64,000 nucleotides of DNA from an uncultured Planctomycetota bacterium (GTDB lineage: Bacteria; Planctomycetota; Planctomycetia; Isosphaerales; Isosphaeraceae). Numbering within the stretch: the stretch's first letter is position 1; the number at the start of each line of letters is the position of its first letter. Under the pieces are notes generated by a model that was not told the origin of the DNA, searched no databases, and was given only the letters and a program-made list of their open reading frames with translations. This document shows positions 10,285 through 19,941 of the stretch, piece by piece. The stretch spans positions 1,344,001 to 1,408,000 of the forward strand of contig CAWGMQ010000010.1 of the NCBI GenBank assembly GCA_963823665.1. Reading direction: 5' to 3'. The translations under genes were made by a program, and so were the position numbers.

Positions 10285-11484
10285 TCAGCTCCGCAGCACA
10301 GGAAGCCGTACCAAAGACTCCCCCAGCACGGCCTGGGAGTCGAGGCCGAGCCACTCCTCGAGCACGGTCGCGTAGACCTGACGAAAATCGACCAGCCATT
10401 TCAGGTCGCCATCCGCCAGGTCGCAGAGCGACGGATAACGACCGACCACACCAGCCCGCACCGATGGCCCCGCCAGCAGGACCAGCCCGGCTGTACCATG
10501 GTCAGTCCCGGCTGTGCCATTCTCGGCCACCCGGCGCCCGAATTCGCTGAAGCAGACGACCAACACCCTCTCGGCTAGCTTGGCGGCGGCCAGGTCATCG
10601 AGGAAGGCCCGAAGCGCACCGGACAGCTCGGTCACCAGGTCGAAATGCGTCGACAACTGGTACGCGTGAGTGTCATAGCCGGATTGAGACGTATAGAGGA
10701 TCCTTGCGGCCAAGCCTCCCTTGAGCAAACGAGCGACCAGCCGAAGCCGCTCGCCCAGCGCCGTCGCCGGGTAGCCCGCGCCGGCGTCCTTGACGCGCGC
10801 CACGTTCGCAAGCCGGTCGGCCGACGTGTAAGCGTCGAGCGTGCTGCGGCGGACGAAAGCAAGCAGGCCGTCGCCTGGTTCGGCCGACGCGAAGGCACGC
10901 GCCGGCTCGATTCGCGGATTGGGAAGTAGGTCGTCGATCCGCTCCAAGGTCGAGGCGATCGAGCGGCGGCCCCGGATCGCGAGTGGAACAGAGCCGGTGC
11001 CGACAAAGACCGCCGAGGATCGGCTAGGGCCCATGGCGTCGATCCCGCGACCCAGCCAGCCCGATTCGTCGTGGCCTTCCGGTACCAGCCGCGCCGTGTG
11101 CCAGATCCTGGTCGAGCGGAAGTGCGAACGATCGGGATTGGGATAGCCGACGCCGGGGACGATCGCCAGCCGGCCCGATTGCAGCAGCCGCGCGGCCTCG
11201 CGCATTCCAGGGTGCAGTCCCAGCTCGCCGTCGAGCTTGATCAAATCATTCGCCGGCAGGCGGAAGTCGCGCCGATGCCTTGCGTAGCCTTGATCGGCGA
11301 AAGGCACGACCATGTTGATCCCATCATTCCCTCCGTCGAGCTGGATGACGACCAGCACGCGGCCCTCGCGATCTGGCCCAGCCGCCCGCGCCGCGGGGAC
11401 CAGAAAGCCGGGGACCGTTGGCGCCAGAGCGATCAGCGACGAGCCACGGAGCGAGCTTTTCAAAAAGGCACGGCGGGTCCGCAT
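10285..11484 (-). CDS. DUF1501 family protein (Tat-like RRAFLK leader)
   Basis: LVVIQLDGGNDG, RSHFRS, GYDTH, FSEFGRR, GTDHG, DFRQVYA. Confidence 0.9.
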   Translation of the reverse strand: MRTRRAFLKSSLRGSSLIALAPTVPGFLVPAARAAGPDREGRVLVVIQLDGGNDGINMVVPFADQGYARHRRDFRLPANDLIKLDGELGLHPGMREAARLLQSGRLAIVPGVGYPNPDRSHFRSTRIWHTARLVPEGHDESGWLGRGIDAMGPSRSSAVFVGTGSVPLAIRGRRSIASTLERIDDLLPNPRIEPARAFASAEPGDGLLAFVRRSTLDAYTSADRLANVARVKDAGAGYPATALGERLRLVARLLKGGLAARILYTSQSGYDTHAYQLSTHFDLVTELSGALRAFLDDLAAAKLAERVLVVCFSEFGRRVAENGTAGTDHGTAGLVLLAGPSVRAGVVGRYPSLCDLADGDLKWLVDFRQVYATVLEEWLGLDSQAVLGESLVRLPVLRS

Positions 11485-11524
11485 GAAAAACCTCCGGAAT
11501 GCTGGAATCGATGATGCGAATGCG

Positions 11525-12889
11525 TTAACCAACTTGGGCCGCGGGGCTGGCCAGGATGATGGCGACCGCGTGCCGGGCTGCCCCTGGTCCCCAGGCTGAC
11601 GGAGTCCCCTGAAGGCTGGCAATTCGGTCGAGCCACCCGGGTTCCGGCTCGCCGCCGAAAACCAGGTCAGCGAAGAAGCGGAGGACCATCTCGCGGCCCG
11701 CGGGAATGCCATGCCGCCGGGCCAGGGCCAGAGCATCAAACGCCTTTGCCCGGCCGATTCCACGTCCCGAAACGAGGGTCGCGGCATAATTGGCCCTGCC
11801 GATCAGGCCGCGGGACGAGAGCCATGCGCGACCACCCGGCCACCCCCCGACGTTCGGCGGGTAGAACAAGTCCTGGCCCAGCTTAGCAATCCATTCGCCT
11901 ACGATCAGCGTGCTCGGGGGCGGGTCCAACAGCTCGAGCGCCCGTAGCGAGCCGACAACCAGCTCAACCGGCCCCAGCACACGCGAACGCAGGTTGGCAC
12001 GATCCCAGAAAGCCCTCGACCGCAGCACCGTGGCGACCGCCCAGCCGATGTCGAGATCGTGGGCGCGAAGCCCGTCAGCGAGCGCGGCGATCGCTGTCTC
12101 CGAGACCGCGTTCTCTCCCATCAGCCAGTCGCAGAGTCGTCGGGCCAGCCGTTTCGATGCAGCCGGTCGGTGTGTCAAGATCCTTAAGAGATCAAGACCG
12201 GTTAGCTCGCCCGTGTGCCCAAGGATTGTTTTCTTCCCATCGTCGTGTCGGCGGGCATTCTCGTGGAACAGTTCGTCGTCGACCGTCCATCCGGAGAGCG
12301 CCCGTGCGGCCTCTTTCACATCCGACTCGCTGAACTCACCGATTCCCAGCGTGAACAGCTCCAGGAGCTCCCGCGCGAGGTTCTCGTTGGGATGGCCCTT
12401 GCGGTTGCTCGAGGCGTCGAGCCAGATCAACATGGCAGGGTCGCGCACGACCGCTTCGAGCAGCCCGCCAAACGGACCCCGCCCGTGCCGGCGGAACACG
12501 TCGTTCTGCCGTCTCATGGCCGCCAGGTTGTTCACCTTGAGGTTGCTGGTGGCAAAGTGATCGTGCCACAACAGCGTCAGCCGCTCGCCCAGCGGATCCG
12601 GACTGAAGAGCAGGCGAAAGACCCACCACGCTTTCAGCCGCGCGGGATCGTTGGAAGCGACGGCGGCATCGGCCAGGATCGCTGCGGTCGACTCGAAGTC
12701 CGGGGCAACGCCTGCTGATCGTGCCTTCCCGTGCAGCACGCGTTGGATGCTGGCGTCAGGGCCGTCGGCCAGATCACGCTGCAGTTCGTCCCACGTGGCG
12801 GCGAATCCAGCGCGGCGATGGAGGTGAACGACCCGCCGCAGGTCCCACGGAGCCAATTCATCGGGAACGTAGGGTAGCCACGAATCCAT
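11525..12889 (-). CDS. DUF1800 family protein
   Basis: HLHRRAGF, LLWHDHFATS, PNENLARELLELFTLG, PPNVGGW; canonical DUF1800-DUF1501 order. Confidence 0.92.
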   Translation of the reverse strand: MDSWLPYVPDELAPWDLRRVVHLHRRAGFAATWDELQRDLADGPDASIQRVLHGKARSAGVAPDFESTAAILADAAVASNDPARLKAWWVFRLLFSPDPLGERLTLLWHDHFATSNLKVNNLAAMRRQNDVFRRHGRGPFGGLLEAVVRDPAMLIWLDASSNRKGHPNENLARELLELFTLGIGEFSESDVKEAARALSGWTVDDELFHENARRHDDGKKTILGHTGELTGLDLLRILTHRPAASKRLARRLCDWLMGENAVSETAIAALADGLRAHDLDIGWAVATVLRSRAFWDRANLRSRVLGPVELVVGSLRALELLDPPPSTLIVGEWIAKLGQDLFYPPNVGGWPGGRAWLSSRGLIGRANYAATLVSGRGIGRAKAFDALALARRHGIPAGREMVLRFFADLVFGGEPEPGWLDRIASLQGTPSAWGPGAARHAVAIILASPAAQVG

Positions 12890-12941
12890 GGGTCGTCCGC
12901 CAATCAGTGAATGAGGAGAACTGTAAAGTTCTTTCGACCGG

Positions 12942-15861
12942 TCACCGTGGCTGGATTTTCAGATCGCCCAGGTCACGAGTTTCGCCAGGCTGAAGCGCGA
13001 GTCCCTGGACCCACCTGCTGAGGAATGTGGCACCGACGCGGAAATTCAGGTCGTAGACCACGCCGGGAATCAGCCCTTCGACCCGGAATCGCCCGTCCTT
13101 CCCGAGGGCGGGTTCCAGCAGGGTGAAATAGTAGGGGATGTCCGCGAACTGCCCAGGGCCATACCCGACACTGATGACGATGCCGGTCGGGGGCCGGCCC
13201 TCCTCGTCGACTAGGCGGCCGATGAGCGTGCCCGCGGGCTGCAGGCGAACGGAGATCGGCCCTTTTCCGCCTCCCGCGGCCATGACCACCGCGGCGAGCT
13301 TCTTCTCGTGGTGGCGGAAGAACAAGTGCCGCCCGTGTCTCGGGTCGAGGGCCATCGCGGTGAACGCTTCAGAGGCGAGTGTGTCCATGTGTTGACTCAT
13401 CGTCGCGGGACAAAGGTTGACCGCGACGCAGCCCGCCAGGGGCTTACCGTCGGAGTCGAGTACGGTCCCCGCCTGCGAGTTTCCCGGATCGAGAGCCAGA
13501 TCGCACGTGAACGAGTCAGCCCCCTCGGCAGGATCGATCGCAACGATCGCGTGGAAAAACTCCGGCTGGCACAGATGGGGATCCGTATGGAACCAGCCCC
13601 GTTCGTCGGCACCGGGGATCGCGGTGGCACCCTGGCCGACGAGATAATGGTCCTTGGCGGCCCGAGCCGCAACCAGACCGCGGCCGGGGAGCCCGACTAG
13701 CTCGAATGAGCCATCGGGCCCAGTGGTGACTTCCCCTCCGGGCAGTTGACCTACTTCCGCACGATGAGGGTTGTCTCCGAACAGGAAGTATTCGACGACA
13801 GCGGGCACGGGTTTTCCCGTCGCCTTGTCGGCGACCTTGCCGCGGATCGCGACTCCGCGCTTCAAGGCGAAGTCAAGTGCGGCTGGGTCAGGCGCTGTCC
13901 CGGCCGGAGCCTCGGTGCTGGCTCCCAGGTAAGGCTGTCCTCGGCCGGGGTTGGCGGTGATCACGTTCCCGGGCCCGACGGGCAGACCGACCAGGCGGTA
14001 TCGGCCATCTGCGCCGGAGGTCGTCCGCGCAGCTACCCTGATCTCTTCCGCAAGCGATGCTCGGATCGAGACCCCCGCGAGCGGCTTGCCCGTGTCCTTG
14101 TCGCGGACCGTCCCTTCAATCGGGCGCGTCGGTGCCGCCACGTGATCGACCGTCGCGCCGTGGAAGACGAGCGTGCCGAATTCAGGCTTATCCCGCTGCA
14201 TGGCCAGGCGATAAGCTGGACCGGACCGGGTCCGCGCCGAGGTGCCGCCGAAGGATGTAGCGATCGTGGGTCCTTCGATCCAGAGCGAGACGACCCGCTC
14301 CCGGCCGATCCCTGAAAGGCGAAATCTTCCTTCGGCATCAGTAGAGACAGCAAGTTGATCGCGCCATCGGAACAGCTCCAGACTCTTGGATGGCAAGCGC
14401 ATCGCCTCGTTGCTGTCGATGTCCTTCGCCCTGGCCATCGCGGCCTCCCAGGGAGTGAGGTCTTCATTGGGGTAAGCAGAGAGCCAGGACCGGGCGGATG
14501 GTCACGCCGCTAACGGGAAGACCCTCCAGGTCGAGCACCCGGCCGGTGATGGGCACGTCGTCGCGGACCAGCCTGAGCGTCAGGTCCTTGGCGTCGTTGA
14601 TGCTGGTAATCGTGGCCCAGGCCGGTCCGAATCCATGGGCCAGGGCCACGACAATCGGGTTCTTCCACGTCTCCTGCACTTCCAAGGTCTGAAGCCGCGG
14701 GTCGTCAAAGTGATACTGGAATTCTCCGCCGGCGCCGCTCGTGGCGGCCAGCACCGGCGGGCCCTCGAAGAAGAAATCGTCGCGCGGGCCGAGTGGCCGA
14801 TAGCAGTAGACCTTGGCCCCGACCAATGGCTTGCCGCCGGGGTCGAGCACGCGGCCGTGCACACTGAGAAGTCGTTCTGGTTCGTTCGTGACAGCGGGGT
14901 GCGGCGGCCTGGATGCCGGTGCCTGGGGAGTCGAGTCCCCGGTGTGGGTCGACTGGATCGATCCCTCGGGTCCGGCCTTCGCAGGCCCTGCCTGGGACCA
15001 GATGCGGGCCGACAAGACCGGCCGCGACGAGCAAGGCCGCCGCTGTCGTCAGATTCCGGATCTTTCCTACGAGCAGACTCCGCACCAGCGTGTCGGCCAG
15101 CCGGGCCGAGGCCGCGGAGACCCCACCTCGAACAGCGGCCTCGCCTGTGGCCAGACGGCCGGCGAGCTGGGTCAGGGCATCGATCCAGCCGGGTGGAACC
15201 GCGGCCGATACCTCTCGCGCCGAGCGCTGCCGACAGCCCGCCACTGGTGAGTGCCACTCCGCGCCGGGTCAGCCGTGAACGGAGTAGGTCACGAGCAGCA
15301 GCCAGACGGCGGCGGACCGTCGCTTCGCCCGAGCGCAGCTCGAAGGCTGCCTGCGCATGCGTCTTGCCCTCGAGGTAGCAAAGCACGACCGGCAGGCGAA
15401 ACTTCTCGGGCAGCCGCGCGACCTCCTCGTGCAACGGAGCGCGCCAATCTTCGTCACGAGGAGCTCTCCTCGCGCCCGACGAGCGCAGACAGGTCATCCA
15501 CGTGGCCCGTCAAGGAACTCCGCCGCGAGCGGTCGAGACTCGCCTGGACGGCAACCCGATGCGCGACGCGATGCAGCCAGCCCCCGACCGCCTCCCGGCG
15601 CCAGATCGTGCCGGCCCTGCGAATGAGCACCAGAAACGTCGCCTGGAACGCATCCTCGACGTCGGACGAATCTTGCAAGACGGTTCGGCAGACCGCCAAG
15701 ACCATCGGCCCGTGCCGCCCCACCAGTGCCGTGAACGCGCTCTCGTCCCGCGTTGACAGGAACCGCTCGATGAGCTGGCCGTCGGTCAAGCCCGCAACGG
15801 TCCCTGCTTCGAACAACCGATGAATTTGCCGCAGCGCGGCCACCAGGTGTGCACCAGCCAT
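12942..15861 (-). CDS. Planctomycete-type ECF sigma factor with TM segment and C-terminal carboxypeptidase-regulatory-like beta-sandwich repeats; several frameshifts
   Basis: Sigma2 DGQLIERF..RHGPMV..EDAFQATFLVL (15454..15861), sigma4 LPEKFRLPVVLCYLEGKTHAQAA (14580..15497), hydrophobic segment (14705..15244), repeated GRVLD/G.V.D..TGKP..G motifs (14464..15015, 12942..14438). Confidence 0.85.
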
Positions 15862-15941
15862 GTCTTGCCCTCCCTCGTCGAAATCAAGTCTCTATCTTAT
15901 ATTGAGGGTTGGGCGACGCCTCGACGATCAACTTTTTACCA

Positions 15942-17348
15942 TTAAATAATCCGCCTGACCCACTTCTTCTTCGCTTCGTTATACGGCGGATAGAAGAACC
16001 ACGGATCGAGCCACGTCCGCTTGACGAGCACCGACTTCTTGTGACTGAAGGTTTCAAACGTTGCTCGGCCGTGATACGCGCCCATGCCGCTTGGGCCGAC
16101 GCCTCCGAACGGAAGCGAGTGGTTCACCAGGTGCATCAAAGTATGATTCACTGTCATTCCTCCGGAGGTCGTGCGCGCGATAACCTTGGCCTGAACCGCC
16201 GGGTCGGCGCTGAAGAGATAAAGCGCCAGCGGTTTGGGCCGCGAGTTCACCATGGCAATCGCATGGTCGATGTCCTGAACTCTGAGCACCGGTAGGATGG
16301 GCCCGAAGATCTCATGCTCCATGACCGGCGCTTCGCTCGGGACGTTCGTGAGGATCGTCGGGGCGATGTACTTCTCCGCGGGAATCCCGGTTCCCCCCGT
16401 GACGATCTCGCCGCTGCCGTCCAGCAGCTTCATCAGCCGATCGTAGTGCCGGCCGTTGATGATCCGGCCAAAGTCGCGCCCGGCGTGCGGGTCGTCGCCG
16501 AAAAAGTCGTGCAGCGTCTGTTTCATCCTCGCCAGCAGCGGCGCTTCGATTTCCTTGTGTGCCAGCACATAGTCGGGGGCAACGCAGGTCTGGCCGGCGT
16601 TGTAGAATTTCCCCCACATGATCCGCCGGGCGGCGACCTCCAGATCGGTGTGCTGGTCGACGATGCACGGGCTCTTGCCGCCCAGCTCGAGGGTCACGGG
16701 GGTCAAGTGCTTGGCCGCCGCCTCCATCACGATGCGGCCGACCGTCTCACCTCCCGTGAAGAAGATGTAGTCGAAACGCTCCGCGAGCAGAGCCGTCGTT
16801 TCCTCGGGCCCTCCCTGGACGATCTGCACGGACGCCCCGTCCAGATACTGCGGCAGCACTCCGGCGATCAGTCCGCTGGTGGCCGGCGCAAGCTCGCTCG
16901 GCTTCAACACGGCACAGTTCCCGGCAGCGATCGCTCCGACCAACGGCAGCAGCAAGAGCTGGAGCGGGTAGTTCCACGGCCCGATGATCAGCACCACGCC
17001 CAGCGGCTCGCGATAGATGTAGCTTCGCCCAGGCTGGCAGGCGATGGCCGTCGGCACTCGCTCCGGCTTGGTCCACGACCCCAGTTTCTTTCGAGTGAGG
17101 GCCAGCTCGGCCACGATCAGCGCGATTTCCGACGGATACACCTCGAATGCGGGCCGCCCCATGTCGTGGTGCAGAGCATGCCCGATGTCGTGCTCTCGTT
17201 CCTTGAGGAACCGCCCCAGGCCGTCAAGCTGCTTCTGGCGGTACTCCAGCGGACGCGTACGGCCGCTTTCGTAGCGTGCTCGAAGCATTTGCACGAGCGC
17301 TCCCGGCGTTGCGTGAGACGTCTTATCCTCGAGAACCGCACTGCTCAT
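15942..17348 (-). CDS. NAD(P)-dependent aldehyde dehydrogenase (ALDH3 / fatty-aromatic aldehyde type)
   Basis: PWNYP, FFTGG, TLELGGKSP, NAGQTCVAPDY, EIFGP, PFGGVGPSGMG. Confidence 0.95.
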   Translation of the reverse strand: MSSAVLEDKTSHATPGALVQMLRARYESGRTRPLEYRQKQLDGLGRFLKEREHDIGHALHHDMGRPAFEVYPSEIALIVAELALTRKKLGSWTKPERVPTAIACQPGRSYIYREPLGVVLIIGPWNYPLQLLLLPLVGAIAAGNCAVLKPSELAPATSGLIAGVLPQYLDGASVQIVQGGPEETTALLAERFDYIFFTGGETVGRIVMEAAAKHLTPVTLELGGKSPCIVDQHTDLEVAARRIMWGKFYNAGQTCVAPDYVLAHKEIEAPLLARMKQTLHDFFGDDPHAGRDFGRIINGRHYDRLMKLLDGSGEIVTGGTGIPAEKYIAPTILTNVPSEAPVMEHEIFGPILPVLRVQDIDHAIAMVNSRPKPLALYLFSADPAVQAKVIARTTSGGMTVNHTLMHLVNHSLPFGGVGPSGMGAYHGRATFETFSHKKSVLVKRTWLDPWFFYPPYNEAKKKWVRRII

Positions 17349-17533
17349 CGCTTTATTCCCCGGCTCTGGTCGAACGAAAGTGTCACGATAAAGAGCTCGC
17401 GCGACACCGTCGAGCGACGGGAGGTTTGTGGCTGCTCGCCGTGATCGTCTGTTGATCGTAATATAGAGTCCCGCGGCGAATCAAAGTAGTGGGCTACCTG
17501 TTGTGCCGCCGGCTTCGACACGGAGTGACTCGA

Positions 17534-18542
17534 ATGAGCCTGGTCAACCATCAGTTCCGCCTGGCGGGCCGTCCCACCGGTATGCCCGTTCGACTTGACT
17601 GGTCATACACCGAGGAGCCCGTTCCAGAACCGGGCGAAGGCCAGATCCTGGTCCAGGTGCTGTACATTTCGCTCGACCCCGCGATGCGCGGCTGGATGAA
17701 CGAGGGCCGGTCATATATCGCCCCGGTGAAAATCGGTGAGGTCATGCGTGCGCTCGGAGCAGGCCGGGTGGTCGCATCCAGAAATCCTGCCTTCGCGGTC
17801 GGCGACCACGTCACCGGTGTCTTCGGCGTGCAGGAATTTGCGATCTCGAGCGGCGAGGGCGTGATGAAGGTCGACGTTCAATTCGCGCCCCTTCCTCGCT
17901 ATCTCAGCGCCCTCGGGATGCCCGGACTCACTGCCTACTTCGGCTTGCTCGAGGTTGGTCAAGCAAAGGCGGGCGAGACGGTGGTCCTCTCGGGCGCGGC
18001 CGGCGCCGTCGGCGCGGTTGCCGGTCAGATCGCCAAGATCAAAGGCTGCCGTGTGGTCGGCATTGCCGGCGGCCCCGCGAAGTGCAATTACGTCGTAGAC
18101 GAACTTGGCTTTGATGCCAGCATCGACTACAAGGCGGAAGACGTGAAGGCAGCCCTGGCGAAGCACTGCCCCAAGGGCGTCGACGTCTATTTCGATAACG
18201 TCGGCGGCGAGATTCTCGACGCCACGCTGCTCTTTCTCAACCGCCGCGCGCGTCGTCATCTGCGGCGCGATCTCCCAGTACAACAACACCACGCCGATCA
18301 AAGGCCCGTCCAACTATCTGTCCCTGCTCGTCAATCACGCCCGGATGGAAGGATTCGTGGTCTTCGACTACGTCACGAAATACAGCGAGGGGCTCCGCGA
18401 AATGGCCGGCTGGCTCGGTGCCGGCAAGCTCAAGTCGCGCGAGGATATCGTCAAGGGCTTCGAGAGCTTCCCCGAAACTCTGCTCAAGCTTTACACGGGC
18501 GAGAATTTCGGGAAGCTGATCCTGCAAGTTGGTGACGAATAA
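17534..18542 (+). CDS. NADP-dependent oxidoreductase (CurA/prostaglandin-reductase-like alkenal reductase), frameshift near 18245
   Basis: SLDPAMRGWM, GMPGLTAYFGL, GAAGAVG, YFDNVGG; continues via CGAISQYN to GENFGKLIL in the shifted frame. Confidence 0.9.
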
Positions 18543-18574
18543 TAAGCAGAGCCTTTACACACTCGCGGGATCTA

Positions 18575-18805
18575 CTACTCGCAAAGCGATTCCCTCGAGA
18601 GGGCAGAATCAGACGGCGAAACACCGCATTCCCTCGCCAACCCCATTAGCTGACGCTCCCACTCATCGCGTGGAAGCACCGGGAGAGCAGTCTGCAGGAA
18701 ACGCTGTCGCAGCGTGTCGAGCGCCAGTACCTCGGGACCCACCCCGCGGTCGCGGGCCGCCTTATTCAAGGCGTCCTCCAGTTCCGGTTCAAGACTGATG
18801 ACCAT
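18575..18805 (-). CDS. Small antitoxin-like protein (no adjacent toxin seen)
   Basis: MVISLEPELEDAL..AAR.RGV.PE...LR (RHH-like start) and SDSALSRESL tail, as in antitoxins that usually precede PIN toxins; GGAGG upstream. Confidence 0.5.
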   Translation of the reverse strand: MVISLEPELEDALNKAARDRGVGPEVLALDTLRQRFLQTALPVLPRDEWERQLMGLARECGVSPSDSALSRESLCE

Positions 18806-18944
18806 TGGCGCCTCCCACTCCGCCGACGGCTTCAGGAAACCCGGACTTATGGAGCTTCGCGGCGATGAACATCCCAATTGAAGATGCTAGCACGGTTCGC
18901 CGATAATTCTCAATGACGACAAGCGAATTTCGGACGCGAAAGTC

Positions 18945-19775
18945 ATGACTGTATTCCTCGGGCACTCATCCAACGACACCGAGCCCACCCTCAACCTCCC
19001 CGCCTATCTCGCGCGCATAGGATACAAAGGAAGCCTCGATCCGACGCTGGAGACGCTCAAGGCGCTCCATTTCGCCCACGCCTCCACCATCCCGTTCGAG
19101 AATCTCGACATCCTCCTCGGTCGCGGCATCTCGCTTGACCTGGCCGATTTGCAGGCGAAGCTCGTCACAGCGCGGCGGGGCGGATACTGCTTCGAGCAGA
19201 ATGCCCTTTTCGCCGCCGTGCTCGAATCGCTCGGATTCAAGCTGCGTCGCCTGGCCGCCCGGGTTCAGTTCGGCGCCACCGAGATCCGCCCGCGCACGCA
19301 CATGAGCCTTGAAGTCGAGGTTGAGAACGAGCCGTGGCTGGCCGACGTCGGCTTCGGAAGCTCCGGGCCGCGATATCCCATCGCGCTGCTCCGGGGTGAG
19401 CCCGACCAGCACGGCGTGTGGACTTACCGCATCAGGAGCGAGGGCGAAGGATTCGTGCTCGAGTCGCAAGAGCCCGCCGGCTGGGTCGATCTCTACGTCT
19501 TCACCCGCGAGCCTCAATACGCAGTCGACTACGTGGTTGGCAACCATTACACAGCAACTCACCCTCACTCGCCGTTCGTGCAGAACCTGATCGTGCAGAA
19601 GGGCGGATTGAGCTCGCGGCTGAACCTGCTCAACGGCGAGCTGACCGAAGTGACGCCGGTTGGTGCAACGGTGACATCGCTCGCCGAGGACGACGGCCTG
19701 CTCGATCTGCTGGCAGATCGCTTCGGCCTGGAGTTTCCCCATGGAACGCGCTTCCCCCGGCGCACAACGCCCTGA
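18945..19775 (+). CDS. Arylamine N-acetyltransferase family protein
   Basis: IPFENLD, RRGGYCFEQN (Cys), RTHM (His), LADVGFG (Asp) triad. Confidence 0.93.
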   Translation: MTVFLGHSSNDTEPTLNLPAYLARIGYKGSLDPTLETLKALHFAHASTIPFENLDILLGRGISLDLADLQAKLVTARRGGYCFEQNALFAAVLESLGFKLRRLAARVQFGATEIRPRTHMSLEVEVENEPWLADVGFGSSGPRYPIALLRGEPDQHGVWTYRIRSEGEGFVLESQEPAGWVDLYVFTREPQYAVDYVVGNHYTATHPHSPFVQNLIVQKGGLSSRLNLLNGELTEVTPVGATVTSLAEDDGLLDLLADRFGLEFPHGTRFPRRTTP

Positions 19776-19941
19776 CCGCTGTTGCCGCACCGCCGCGATC
19801 GGTAATCGGTGAAGCGTCGTTCTTCCCGCCCCTCGACCGATGATGCCGCAATTCGACACGGCTCCCATCGTCCCTGGACCGTTTTTAAGCGGGGCCGTTA
19901 GAATGATTTTCGCACATTCCCCCAGGGGTCGGAGCGACAAC

